The notes beneath the pieces were generated by a model. That model was given only the letters and a program-made list of their open reading frames with translations. It was not told the DNA's origin and ran no database searches. Shown here one piece after another: positions 12,032-22,292 of a stretch of 64,000 nucleotides of DNA. The position numbers and the translations under genes were made by a program. Each line of letters begins with the position of its first letter. Position 1 is the first letter of the stretch. Where the stretch lies: assembly GCA_963695505.1 (NCBI GenBank), contig CAVOGX010000012.1, positions 120,768 through 184,767 of the forward strand. Direction: 5' to 3'. This stretch comes from an uncultured Chloroflexia bacterium. Lineage in GTDB: Bacteria; Chloroflexota; Anaerolineae; Promineifilales; Promineifilaceae.

Positions 12032-12986
12032 TTACTCAGTTGCGCCCATAACCAGGGCCAACAGCGCCATGCGCATGACAACGCCGTTGAAGGCTTCTTG
12101 CCAGTAGCGGGACCAGCGGGTGATGTCTACATCGGCCGGAATTTCGTCCATACGCGGCAGGGAGTGCAGCAGGATGGCGTCGGATTTGGCTTTGTTGACC
12201 AGCAGGTCTTTGGTGATTTTGTAGTTGGAGGGGGTCAGACCCACATCGCCGTCACGCTCGTCGCGGGATTTGGTGTAGTCGGGCTGGACAACCGGCTCGA
12301 CGAGGATGACGTCGGCTTCGGCGATAGCTTCTTCGACATGCTCAACTTCTTTGAAGTTCAGGCCGTAGTTTTCGAAGTCGGCTTTCATTTCTTCGCTGAG
12401 ACGCTGCCCTTCGGGGGAAACGAAGGTGATGGGGCAGTCGAATTGGGTCAGGCCGTAGCCCAGGGAGTGCATGGTACGCATCCGCATATCGCCAACAGCC
12501 AGCCATTTCAAACCATCAATGCGCGCCTTTTTCGCGCAGAACGGTGTAGAGGTCGGTCAGAATCTGGGTGGGATGTTCGCCCCAGCCGTCGCCGCCGTTG
12601 ATGACGGGAACGCTGGCCCATTTGGCGGCTTCGTGCGGTGCACCTTGTTGGAAGTGACGCATGACGATGACGTCACCATAGAACTCCAGCATTTTGACGG
12701 TGTCTTTGATGGATTCCTGGTAGAAATCGCCAGCGCGGGTCATTTTGGCGTCGGAGAAGCCGGTGACCTGACCGCCGAGGCGGAGCATGGCGGCTTCGTG
12801 GGCCAAACGGGTGCGGGTGGAGGGTTGGTAGAAGGCGGTGACCAGGGTCTTGTCTTTCAACAAATCGGTGTTCTGACGATTACGGGCGATGGGTTCTAGT
12901 TCTTCGGCAATCTCGAAGACGCGGAAAAACTCTTGACGTTCAAAATCTTTGAGGGACAAAATGTCTCGTCCTGCAAAACTTCTCAT
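12032..12986 (-). pseudogene. Aspartate-carbamoyltransferase-family paralogue (atypical), 1 frameshift as assembled
   Basis: STRTR, GEHPTQ, HSLPRMDEIPADVD, NGVVMRMALLALV. The ATG at 12986 is preceded by AAGGAGAAT. The break is near 12515. Confidence 0.75.
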
Positions 12987-13077
12987 GATAATTCTCCTTA
13001 TTAAAATAGTGTGGGCTGTTGCAAAGCTGCCGGATGTAAATTGGTAAAAAGCTGCCGCCAATGGGCAACGGCAGGTA

Positions 13078-13821
13078 TCACACAATTAGCAGTACTTGCC
13101 GCCGAATGAGGCGCAAGCGCAGCAGATCGTCGCGGAAGCAGGAGGTTGACTTGATGATGGGTTCGTTGTCGTCATTGTAGCCTATTTCGCAAAAGGATAT
13201 GAGGCGGTGTTGGGGTTGGATGTGTAAGGTTTGGGCCAGATCTGGCTCAGCGATGATGGGGATGATTTCGGACAGGTAGTAGGTGAGGCGTTGACGGCCG
13301 TTTTCCCACAAAAATTGGTATACCGGCATGCGAAAATCTTCGGACTGATATGGTTTTTCAACCAGCTGCAGTCGGAATGCGATTGTAGGCCAGAATAACA
13401 GGCTGATCATCGGCCAGAAACAGCTTTTTAACCACCAACACCTCATCGCCAGGGGTCAGATTTCCAGCTCGGCGGCAACTTCATTGCCGGCCGGTTCGGT
13501 GCTGAACTTCGAGAATTTGGGTGGAGGGGGTATAGCCATGGGCGCTGGATCACATCTTCGTAAGACCAGATTTCTTCCAGGCGGGATTTGATTTGCAGCC
13601 CGGCTTCGTTGACGAAGGTGCCCGCCCCTTGTTTGCGGAAGATGACGCCTTCAATTTCTAGGCGGCTCAGGGCGTCGCGGATGGTGGTGCGGCTGACCTG
13701 TAGTTCGTCGGCCAGGTCGGTTTCGGAGGGGATACGGCCGTCTTCAAACGCATCATCTAAGAATGCGCTCTTTGATGTGGGACTTGGCCTGTTCGGTTAG
13801 GGAGGGCGTTCGCTTAAGCAT
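13078..13821 (-). pseudogene. GntR/HutC-family transcriptional regulator (wHTH + UTRA), several frameshifts as assembled
   Basis: N-terminus MLKRTPSLTEQAKSHIKERIL / DDAFEDGRIPSETDLADELQVSRTTIRDALSRLEIEGVIFRKQGAGTFV. UTRA-like C-terminus is in ORF 13078-13446. Confidence 0.75.
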
Positions 13822-13826
13822 TTATC

Positions 13827-13869
13827 GGTAAAATCGGTCATATCGTATGGTTGTATGACAAATTTTACC
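13827..13869. promoter_or_regulatory. Candidate operator: 43-nt nested palindrome directly upstream of the HutC-family gene
   Basis: GGTAAAAT-cg-GTCATA-tcgtatggttg-TATGAC-aa-ATTTTACC, ending 6 nt before the ATG. Confidence 0.4.
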
Positions 13870-13953
13870 GCATTTAGGAAACGGCCGTCAAGTAAAATTG
13901 GGCCAATCTGCCAAATGTCATGTGGAAAAGATGACATCCGACACCTCAGGGGT

Positions 13954-15497
13954 TCAGGGGCGCGAAATGGCGGGCAAGTAAAGCCGCCTTTGGGGCCAAA
14001 AGATGTTGTTGGAAAGCGGGGAATCGCCTCCGTCATTTCTGGTTTTGAGGGCAAAGTAGACGGTGCTGCCGCTGTAGGGCGTAACGGCCGTATACGTGCT
14101 CGCATTCCCGGCCAGTGAATCGGTTAGCAGGATGGCACTGTTCCAGTTGGCTGCGGTGATGGGCGCAGAGGCATAGCGAAGGGTGGTGGTGAGGGCGCCG
14201 GCTGGTGGCGTCCATTGCAGGGTGGCGGTCAGGGTGTTGGCGCTGGTGACTGCTTGGCTGATGGTCAGGTCAGAAACGGCCGTTGACGGAGACACGCCAT
14301 ACTCATCAGCACCCACGTCTGGGGCCGCGCCAATGGGCCGGGCGTCGCCGTCAAAATCGTCGGTGACGGCCGTCAGGGGACTGGCCTGATCAATGGCCGC
14401 CGTAGCCACGGCAGTCAGGTGCAAATCACCGCTGGCAACATTGGCAAACCAGCCTGTTTGGGCGTTGGTCAGGTTCCCGGTGCTGGTGGCCTGCGCTCCG
14501 TCCCGGTCTGCCCAGATGTTCATGTTGGTCAGATTGTAGGCAAACAGGCCCTGGGTGTCGCTGAAGCGCGCTTCCATGCCCCAGGTGAGGCCGGTAGCGG
14601 GATTGAGCAGAACGGCCGTGTTGTGAGCCACCAGCCAGCCCGTGGCATGGCTCATCTCGATGGCCACGTCGTGCGCCTCGCGAAACAGGAACATATTATT
14701 GCGCACAATGCCGCCCGGTATGGCCGCTGCTCAGGCCAAAGGCCACCCCGCGCCCGCAGTCCAGCAGAAAATTACGCTCCACCACGGTATCCGAGGAGCC
14801 ATTCCAAAAGAGAATGGCCGGAACAGGCGTGCCGTCGTCGGTGAGGATGCGCACCCACTCGTTGTCGCGCACCACCCAGCGGTGGGCATCGTGGGCGCTG
14901 ATGCCGTTGGTGTAATTGTCTGGGGCAGGTCGTGGTGTATTCCAGGCGTGAGCAGGCCAGCAGGCCGTCTTCACTGCCATCCCCAGCCGGATTCACCTTC
15001 ACCAATTGGTCGTTGATGTCCAGGATGTGCAGATTGTACAGGGTTGGCCGGTCGCGCCCCTGGATCGAGACACCGTGGTCGGCGGCGTTGCGGATGGTCA
15101 GATCGGCGATGGTCACGTCGTCGGCGTCGACCAGGATGCCAAAATGGCCGCCCACCATCCCGCCAAAGTCCAGTATGACGTCCCCGCGTCGGCCAGGTTG
15201 GCCGCGTAAAGTGATGCCATCGTGAATGATGTGGAGATAGCTGCTCATGTTGTAAATACCCGGCGCGATGCGAATAATGGTCCCAGGGGCAGCATTGTAG
15301 GCTTGGGCGATCAAATCCGCCTGGTTATCGACATCAATTGTAGGTGCATCGGGTAAGACCAGGACTGGGCAGTGGACGGTAGCAGCGGAGTGGGCGTTGG
15401 TTGCGGGGAAACGGCCGTTGCTAAACATTACCCGCCCCGCCAAAGCCAGCAACAAAATTATAAAGAATATCAGGGTTTCCCTTCTTGTAATTAACAT
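13954..15497 (-). pseudogene. Secreted right-handed beta-helix (pectate-lyase-fold) protein with an FN3-like C-terminus, 2 frameshifts as assembled
   Basis: Signal/TM MLITRRETLIFFIILLLALAG. Beta-helix repeats are present (VTIADLTIRNAADHGVSIQG...). Pieces are 14772-15557, 14696-14980 and 13954-14706. Confidence 0.65.
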
Positions 15498-15520
15498 AAA
15501 GGTTTGATTGAAGAGGGTAA

Positions 15521-16228
15521 TCAATAGGGTGGTTCTGCAGGGCCCACGTAACCACACTGCCCCATACGCGGTGAATTGACCACAGGCAGTGCCATCTCGC
15601 TGTCATGTGAATAATCTTTAAGGCAACTCTCGCAATACATCCACCAATCTTGGTCCCACATACATTCTGTGCAAATCCATTCGGCAGGTTTACTGCAATT
15701 TGCGCATTGCAAATCCATTAGCTTATTGCGGGCCATCAAGAAAATTGGTTTCCCTTGCCATTTCCCTTGGCGTATGTCAATAACGCGAATCGTCAATTCT
15801 GTCGTTGTCCCAAAGTCATACTCATAGGAGATTTCTATACCTGGAACAAAAAGGGGATCAACTCGTGCGCTCATGTCCCGTTCTTCTCGCCAGCCCCGGT
15901 CATCACCAAATAATTGGGTATAAAAAACATCTCCGATGGTAAAACCACTTAAGTGACCACAGCACTCCAGCCAGATAGTACGCAAATAATCATCCAGATC
16001 GTTCAGTGTCGCTTTTCCAGGAACTTCCAATTGCAGCCAAAAGTCCCCCCCATAGGCATCTTGCACGACAAGGAAATAGATATTACCATTCCACATTCGA
16101 CCTTTCCCACTAGATTCTTGGGCTGTTTGGCGTGCTTCACAGGTTTTCAAGTGGCGGATCATGCCACCTCGTGTGTATTCCTTACCGCAATAAACGCAAT
16201 CGCCCCTTGTTTGCTTTTTCCGAGCCAT
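15521..16228 (-). CDS. PRiA4b-ORF3-like domain protein with N- and C-terminal Cys-rich zinc-finger motifs
   Basis: LEVPGKATLNDLDDYLRTIWLECCGHLSGF resembles the plasmid pRiA4b ORF-3 family. CVYCGKEY..HLKTC and CANCSKPAEWICTEC..CESC are also present. GC is visibly lower than in the neighbours. Confidence 0.55.
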   Translation of the reverse strand: MARKKQTRGDCVYCGKEYTRGGMIRHLKTCEARQTAQESSGKGRMWNGNIYFLVVQDAYGGDFWLQLEVPGKATLNDLDDYLRTIWLECCGHLSGFTIGDVFYTQLFGDDRGWREERDMSARVDPLFVPGIEISYEYDFGTTTELTIRVIDIRQGKWQGKPIFLMARNKLMDLQCANCSKPAEWICTECMWDQDWWMYCESCLKDYSHDSEMALPVVNSPRMGQCGYVGPAEPPY

Positions 16229-16283
16229 TTTTCCCTCACATAGTTAACAGTGTCCAGGCCACAGGGTATGCTGGCCTGATAAG

Positions 16284-18099
16284 TTATGCAAACAAATCCA
16301 CCACCTCAAACTTCGTCACGTCTACCATCCCCAGGTCGGAAATGCGCAGTTCGGGGATGACGACGAGGGCCAGCAGGCTGAGCTGCATGTAGGCGTTGTT
16401 GAGCGTGCAGCCGCATTCGGCCATCGCCTGCACCATGCGCGCTGCCTTGTCGGCCACGATTTCCGCCCGTTCGTCGGACATGAGCCCGGCGATGGGCAGT
16501 TCGACCAGGGCAATTTCCTGCCCATCCTTGAAGACGACGACCCCGCCGCCCACTTCGCCCAGCCGGTTGGCCGCCAGGGCCATGTCTGCCTTTGCTGGTG
16601 CCGACGACAATCATGTGGTGGCTGTCGTGGGCGACGGTGGTGGCGACGGCGCAGGGCACGTTGAAGCCAAAGCCATGCACAAAGCCGTTGGTCACGCCGC
16701 CGGTGGCTTGATGCCGTTCGACCAGGGCAATTTGGCAGACATCTTGGCCGGCTGTCCATTTGCACCAGGCCATTTTCGACGGGCAGTTCGCGTTCAAGGG
16801 CGCGGGTCGGCGCCTGATTTTCGATGACGCCAATGACGCGAGCGGTTACGGCGTCAGATCTACGGGTTTCTGAAACCTTGCAGGTCTTGGGATGTCGAAG
16901 TCGGTAGCGGTGAGTGTTTTGCCGAGTTTGACGGTGTTTTTGGCGAAGTCGGGGTAGTCGTAGGGGGGAATATCGATGGCAATACGGCCGTTTTCCGCCA
17001 CAATTTCTCCACCGGCAATGACCAGTTTCGATGGGCAGCGTCGACCAAATCGCTGCTGATGACGATGTCGGCATAGCGGCCGGGGGTGATGGAGCCGATG
17101 TCTTTTTCCACGCCAAAATGTTCGGCCGTGTTGAGCGTCGCCATCTGGATCGCCGTGATCGGTTTGAGACCCTGGGCGATGGCGTGGCGCACGACGCGGT
17201 TCATGTGGCCGTCGTTGACCAGCGTGCCGGAGTGGCTGTCGTCGGTGCAGAGGATGAAATTGCGGCTGTCCAGCCCCTGTTCGGTGATCGCTTTGACCTG
17301 GGTGGCCACATCATACCAGGCCGAGCCGAGGCGCAGCATCGCTTTCATGCCCTGGCGCACGCGGGCGATGGCGTCTTCGACGCGGGTGCCTTCGTGGTCG
17401 TCGGCGGGGCCGCCAGCCACGTAGCCGTGAAAGGGGCGGCCCAGATCGGGCGAGGCGTAATGGCCGCCGATCGACTTTGCCCGCTTTCATCGTTTCGGCC
17501 ATTTCGGCGTGCATCTTGTCGTCGCTCATGAAAACGCCGGGGAAGTTCATCATCTCGCCCAGGCCGATGATGCCGGGCCAGGTCATCGCTTCGGCCACTT
17601 CGGCGGGGCCGATGGATGCGCCGGGCGTTTCCAGGCCGGGGGCGCTGGGCACGCAGGTGGGCATTTGCACGTAGATGTTGATGGGCAGGGTTTGGGCTTC
17701 GTCGTGCATCAGTTTGACGCCGGGCAGGCCGAGGACGTTGGCGATTTCGTGGGGGTCGATGAACATGCTGGTGGTGCCGTGCGGAATGACGGCGCGGGCA
17801 AATTCGGTGACGGTGACCATGCCGCTTTCGACGTGCATGTGGGCGTCGCACAGGCCGGGGATGAGGTAACGGCCGTTTGCCTCAATCACCTCCGTCTCTT
17901 CCCCAATGGTGTGGCTGGCATCTTCGCCGACGTAGGCGATGCGGCTCTGGCAGATGGCCACATCGGTGTTGGGAATGATTTCGCCGCTGTGGACGTTGAC
18001 CCAACGGCCGTTTCGAATGACCATGGTGGCCGGTTTGCGGCCCATTGCCACATCTACTAAATCTTTTGCTAATTCATGCCAGGGTTGTCGTTGCATCAT
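16284..18099 (-). pseudogene. ade: Adenine deaminase, about 3 frameshifts as assembled
   Basis: MMQRQPW...VIRNGRWVNV...IEANGRYLIPGLCDAHMHVESG... Colinear pieces are 17311-18339, 16860-17420, 16322-17116 and 16284-16610. The ATG at 18099 has a GGGAGAG SD. Confidence 0.85.
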
Positions 18100-18250
18100 T
18101 TCACTCTCCCTACATAATTGGAGGTAAGGCTGCTGGCTGCCAAGACCAGTGGTCTCTCTAACTGCCCCACCCGTGTAATCACGTTTTATGTGTAATGTTG
18201 TAGGCTGTCTGCAACAATAGCTTCTGCGGTAATCTTCATCCACTACCAGG

Positions 18251-19948
18251 CTATAATTCTGCTGGCAGCCACACCTGCACAAAAACCCCGTTCCCTGAAT
18301 CGCTGCGGGCGGAGACCGTGCCTTTATGTATGTGCACAATGCCCTGCACCAGCGTTAAACCTAAACCAATACCCAGTTTTCCACCATGCACAGCCCCGCT
18401 GCCACTGTAAAAACTATCAAACACGTGGGGCAGTTCTTCATCAGCAATACCGGCTCCCGTATCTTGCACTGTCAACCCTACCTGTTGTTGTTCCACATCC
18501 AGAAGGGTGCGCACGCGAATAGCCCCTGAAGCAGTAAAGGAAACCGCATTATCGAGCAAAAGGCCTAACATCTCCACCAACTGCTGCCAGTCCCCCCGCA
18601 CCAGAGGCAGATCGGGCACCAGCGTGATGTCTAACTGTAGCCCCAGGGCAGTCGCCCGCTGCCGGTACATATTCACGGCCGCCACAACAACGCTGTTTAA
18701 ATCGACCAGAGAGATGTCTAGCGGGGACTTCATCAGGTCCGTTTGCGCCAGGCGGACTAATCCTTCGGCCAGCTTTACCAGGTGCTGCGTTTGGTCCCGC
18801 AGCACTTCCAGGTATTGGGCCTGTTTTTCAGGATTAGCCCGCTCCCACAAATCCAGGTAGAGGGCTAGGTTGGTCACCGGGTTGAGCATTTCCTGGGTCA
18901 TACTATCCATCAACTCTGACTTAAATTGACCTAATGCCTGCAACCGTCCATATGCTTCAGTCAGTGCCCTGGTTTGTTCCACAACCCGCTGCTCTTCGTC
19001 AAGAACCTGTTCTTGCAAGCGGGCATGTTCGATGGCAACGGCAGCCTGCCGGGTGAAAATCATGGCAATGTCTGCTTCAGCCTGGCCATATTGATGGGGT
19101 TTGCCAGAACTCAGGTTCAATAAGCCGACAATTTCTGCCTGGATGATCAGCGGAATACCCATCCAGCAGCAAATTTGGCTGGTTTTGGGTAATGTTTGCC
19201 AACGGGGATCGTTGGCCGTATCGCCAACAATGACCGGCGCACGGGAACTAAAAACCCGTTGAATGTGGGGGAATTTTTCCAGCGGAAGCCGGGTGCCTTT
19301 GCGGCCACCAGCATGGAGACTGCGTTGGGCAACGCTTTGTAAATTGTCTCCCTGTAAAAGCATGATGGATGCACTATCGTAGGGCAATACGCGGGACAAT
19401 TGGTCGAGAATTTGCTCCAATACATCGTCGCGCCGCAGGCTTTTGTTAATGGCTTGAATAATGAGACCAAGGGTTTCGACCAGGGTGCGCTGCTGGCGTT
19501 CTGTCTTTGACAGCCGGGTGCGATATTGTTCGGCCTGAACCTGCTCGCGGGCAATTTGGTCTAGTTTATCCTGCAAATGCTGCCCATGTTCCACCACTTC
19601 TTTCAGGCGCAGTTGAATGCGGGTACGAACCAGGAGTTCTGACTGGTTAAAGGGTTTGCATAAATAATCGTCGGCGCCGGCTGTCAGTGCGCGGCTGCCG
19701 GACTGATGATCGGGTACCAGGGCAATGATGGGCACGTGTTGGGCCAGGAAGGTGGTCAGGGTGGCATTAATCTGGTGGGGGGCCAGGCTGAGTATGAACA
19801 GGTCAATGTCGGGGGGTAGGGGTGTGGCGCTGCCGGGAGAAACGGCCGTTACGCGGTAGCCATGGGATTGCAAGGTGGCCGTAACCACCATTTGCATGGC
19901 AAGTTCCTCGTCAACCAGCACCACGTGTGCGCTCATATCTTTGTCCAT
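18251..19948 (-). CDS. Hybrid sensor: receiver (REC) + GAF + HisKA + HATPase histidine kinase
   Basis: REC-like N-terminus VVLVDEE..., a GAF region and the HATPase G-boxes DTGAGI...GLGLTLV. The start is probably ATG 19948 (MDKDMSAH). Confidence 0.85.
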   Translation of the reverse strand: MDKDMSAHVVLVDEELAMQMVVTATLQSHGYRVTAVSPGSATPLPPDIDLFILSLAPHQINATLTTFLAQHVPIIALVPDHQSGSRALTAGADDYLCKPFNQSELLVRTRIQLRLKEVVEHGQHLQDKLDQIAREQVQAEQYRTRLSKTERQQRTLVETLGLIIQAINKSLRRDDVLEQILDQLSRVLPYDSASIMLLQGDNLQSVAQRSLHAGGRKGTRLPLEKFPHIQRVFSSRAPVIVGDTANDPRWQTLPKTSQICCWMGIPLIIQAEIVGLLNLSSGKPHQYGQAEADIAMIFTRQAAVAIEHARLQEQVLDEEQRVVEQTRALTEAYGRLQALGQFKSELMDSMTQEMLNPVTNLALYLDLWERANPEKQAQYLEVLRDQTQHLVKLAEGLVRLAQTDLMKSPLDISLVDLNSVVVAAVNMYRQRATALGLQLDITLVPDLPLVRGDWQQLVEMLGLLLDNAVSFTASGAIRVRTLLDVEQQQVGLTVQDTGAGIADEELPHVFDSFYSGSGAVHGGKLGIGLGLTLVQGIVHIHKGTVSARSDSGNGVFVQVWLPAEL

Positions 19949-19970
19949 ATCTGCTAGAATTTTCCCGCCA

Positions 19971-22205
19971 TCAGGCTGGGGGCAGCCACACCTCAAAGGT
20001 AGAGCCGTCGTCAACGACGCTCTCGAACTCAATTTTTCCTTGGTGCAGCTCTACAATTTCGCGCACGATAGCCAGCCCCAGACCCGTTCCGGGTTTGGAA
20101 AGCTGCCCGGTGCGCTCGCCACGATAAAAACGGTCAAAGAGGAACGGCCGTTCATGGTCCAAAATCCCCATGCCGGTGTCTTTAACCGTCAGCAGAACCA
20201 TCTCTTGCTCTTCGTCCCAGGTCGTCGTCACCCAGATTCCCCCTTTGGCCGTGTAGTTAATGGCGTTAACCAACAAATTCGTCACTACCTGCTCAATTTG
20301 CGTTTTATGCCCCAAAACCGGGGGTAATTCTGGCGCTGTTTCACATTCCAGATGCAAACTGGCAGCCTGGGCCTGGGGGCGATATTGCTGCACCACCTGC
20401 AGCACCACTTGATTGAAATTCAGCGCGCTAAAGGAAACGGCCGTTTTCTCCTGCTCCAGCTTGGAGAGGCTCAAAATATCAGCTATCAGCGTGCCCAAGC
20501 GGTCCGCCTGGCTGCGCACCACCTGAATGTATCTCTCCCGCTTTTCACCAGACACCTGCTGCATTAAATCCAGGTACAGCTTTAAACTGGTGACCGGTGT
20601 GCGCAGCTCGTGGGTGACATCAGACACAAACTTTGATTTCAGGCGGTCCAGCTCTTGCAAGCGCGTATTTGCCAGGGCCAATTCTTGGGTGCGCTCAGAG
20701 ACGCGCTGCTCCAACTCCGCTGCATAAGCGCGCTGCTGAGCATACAACCGCGCATTTTCGATGGCAATGGCCGCCTGCCCGGCAAACGTGGTGGCCATTT
20801 GGGCGTCTACCGCGCCATAAAACCCTGGCTCTGTGTGGTTTAAGTTTAGAATACCCACAATGCGGTCCTGGATCATCATGGGTACGCCCATCCAGCAGCG
20901 AATGAGGTTGGTTTCTGGCGCTTGCTGCCATCGGGCATCAACGGCCGTATCCGCGATAATCAATGGTTGGAACATCTCCAACATTTGCTGAATATGCATC
21001 AAATCATTGACCGGTAGTTCCATGGCCTGTTCCACTTGCGGATTCAGGGAACGAAACGCCACGCTTTGCAGTACGTCTTCTTGCAGCAGCATAATCGAGG
21101 CACTGTCATAAGCCACCACGCGCTGCAACTGCTCCAAAATCAAGACTAAAACCTGTTCGCGATCCAGACTGCTGTTCAGCGCCCCAGCCACTTCGCGCAG
21201 CGTCTCCGCCAATTCCCGCTGCTTGCGTTCCTCTGCCAACAGGCGCGTTCTAGCCATAGCCAGCGAAATTTGCCCTGTGGCCTGCTCCGCGCGAGAGATC
21301 TCATCCGCCGAAAAAGTATGTAACTCAGAAAACGTGATGATTACTGCCCCCAATTTTTGCTCGCCCACGGCCAGGGGCAGCGCCAGCAACGAACGGGCTG
21401 GCAAAATTTGTAGGAGGCGTCGACTAACATAAGCTGAGTTTTCAGCGTCGGACACAACCAAAACGCGCCCTGTTTCCACTACCGTAGACGTCACCGTAAA
21501 ATCATTTTTGGCAGAAACCAGAGTGCGATACAGTTTGTGCATCCCCTCGTGCGCTGCAGCCGGGAAAGCGCGCTTTGCTGCGGCATTCCACATGGAAATA
21601 TAGACGCCATCTGCCCGCAGCAGCTTTTTCAACAAATTAGCCTGCGTATGCAGCATTTGCTCATCGTCAAGGATAGTGGCGGCGGCGTAAGTGATCTGGT
21701 TGAGTTGATCCAGGTATTTTTGCTTTTCTTCCCGTTCACGGCGGACGGCGGCTTCGGCAATTTCCCGCCGCACAGCACCTACCAGGCGCACAATGTCATT
21801 TTTGACGACGTAATCATGCGCGCCAGCCTGCATAGCCGCCAAAGCACCCTTTTCACCAATGTCATCGGAAACGATAATCAAAGGAATGTCATAACCGCGT
21901 TCCTGCAGCACGTTGAGGGCGGCCAGTGCGCTAAACCGGGCCAATACGTGGTCAGCCAGAATGAGGTGCCAATCTTCTTCCTCAAGCGCCAGAATCAGAC
22001 CCGGGGCATCAACTACCTGGCGGTACTGTGGCTTGTACCCGCTCTGCCGCAAAGTACCCAGTATCAACTGCAAATCCTCCTCATTGTCTTCGACTATGAG
22101 GAGGCGAATTTGCCCGGGAGAGGAATACGTAAATCTGCCTGTGTCTGTCATTGTGGTGCTTTGGTTTTTAAACGCTGAGGCATTCGCCACCTTATACCGC
22201 AGCAT
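19971..22205 (-). CDS. Hybrid sensor: REC + 2x GAF + HisKA + HATPase histidine kinase
   Basis: LLIVEDNEEDL receiver, H-box FVSDVTHELRTPV, and DTGMGI..GTGLGLAIV. Alternative start at 22151. Confidence 0.85.
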   Translation of the reverse strand: MLRYKVANASAFKNQSTTMTDTGRFTYSSPGQIRLLIVEDNEEDLQLILGTLRQSGYKPQYRQVVDAPGLILALEEEDWHLILADHVLARFSALAALNVLQERGYDIPLIIVSDDIGEKGALAAMQAGAHDYVVKNDIVRLVGAVRREIAEAAVRREREEKQKYLDQLNQITYAAATILDDEQMLHTQANLLKKLLRADGVYISMWNAAAKRAFPAAAHEGMHKLYRTLVSAKNDFTVTSTVVETGRVLVVSDAENSAYVSRRLLQILPARSLLALPLAVGEQKLGAVIITFSELHTFSADEISRAEQATGQISLAMARTRLLAEERKQRELAETLREVAGALNSSLDREQVLVLILEQLQRVVAYDSASIMLLQEDVLQSVAFRSLNPQVEQAMELPVNDLMHIQQMLEMFQPLIIADTAVDARWQQAPETNLIRCWMGVPMMIQDRIVGILNLNHTEPGFYGAVDAQMATTFAGQAAIAIENARLYAQQRAYAAELEQRVSERTQELALANTRLQELDRLKSKFVSDVTHELRTPVTSLKLYLDLMQQVSGEKRERYIQVVRSQADRLGTLIADILSLSKLEQEKTAVSFSALNFNQVVLQVVQQYRPQAQAASLHLECETAPELPPVLGHKTQIEQVVTNLLVNAINYTAKGGIWVTTTWDEEQEMVLLTVKDTGMGILDHERPFLFDRFYRGERTGQLSKPGTGLGLAIVREIVELHQGKIEFESVVDDGSTFEVWLPPA

Positions 22206-22292
22206 GGCTCATCATATCATATTTTGAGAGCGCGGTAGTAAGAGGAGGTAGAAGTTTGGTTGAGTTGGAAGAAACGGCCGTTTTCCTTGAAT

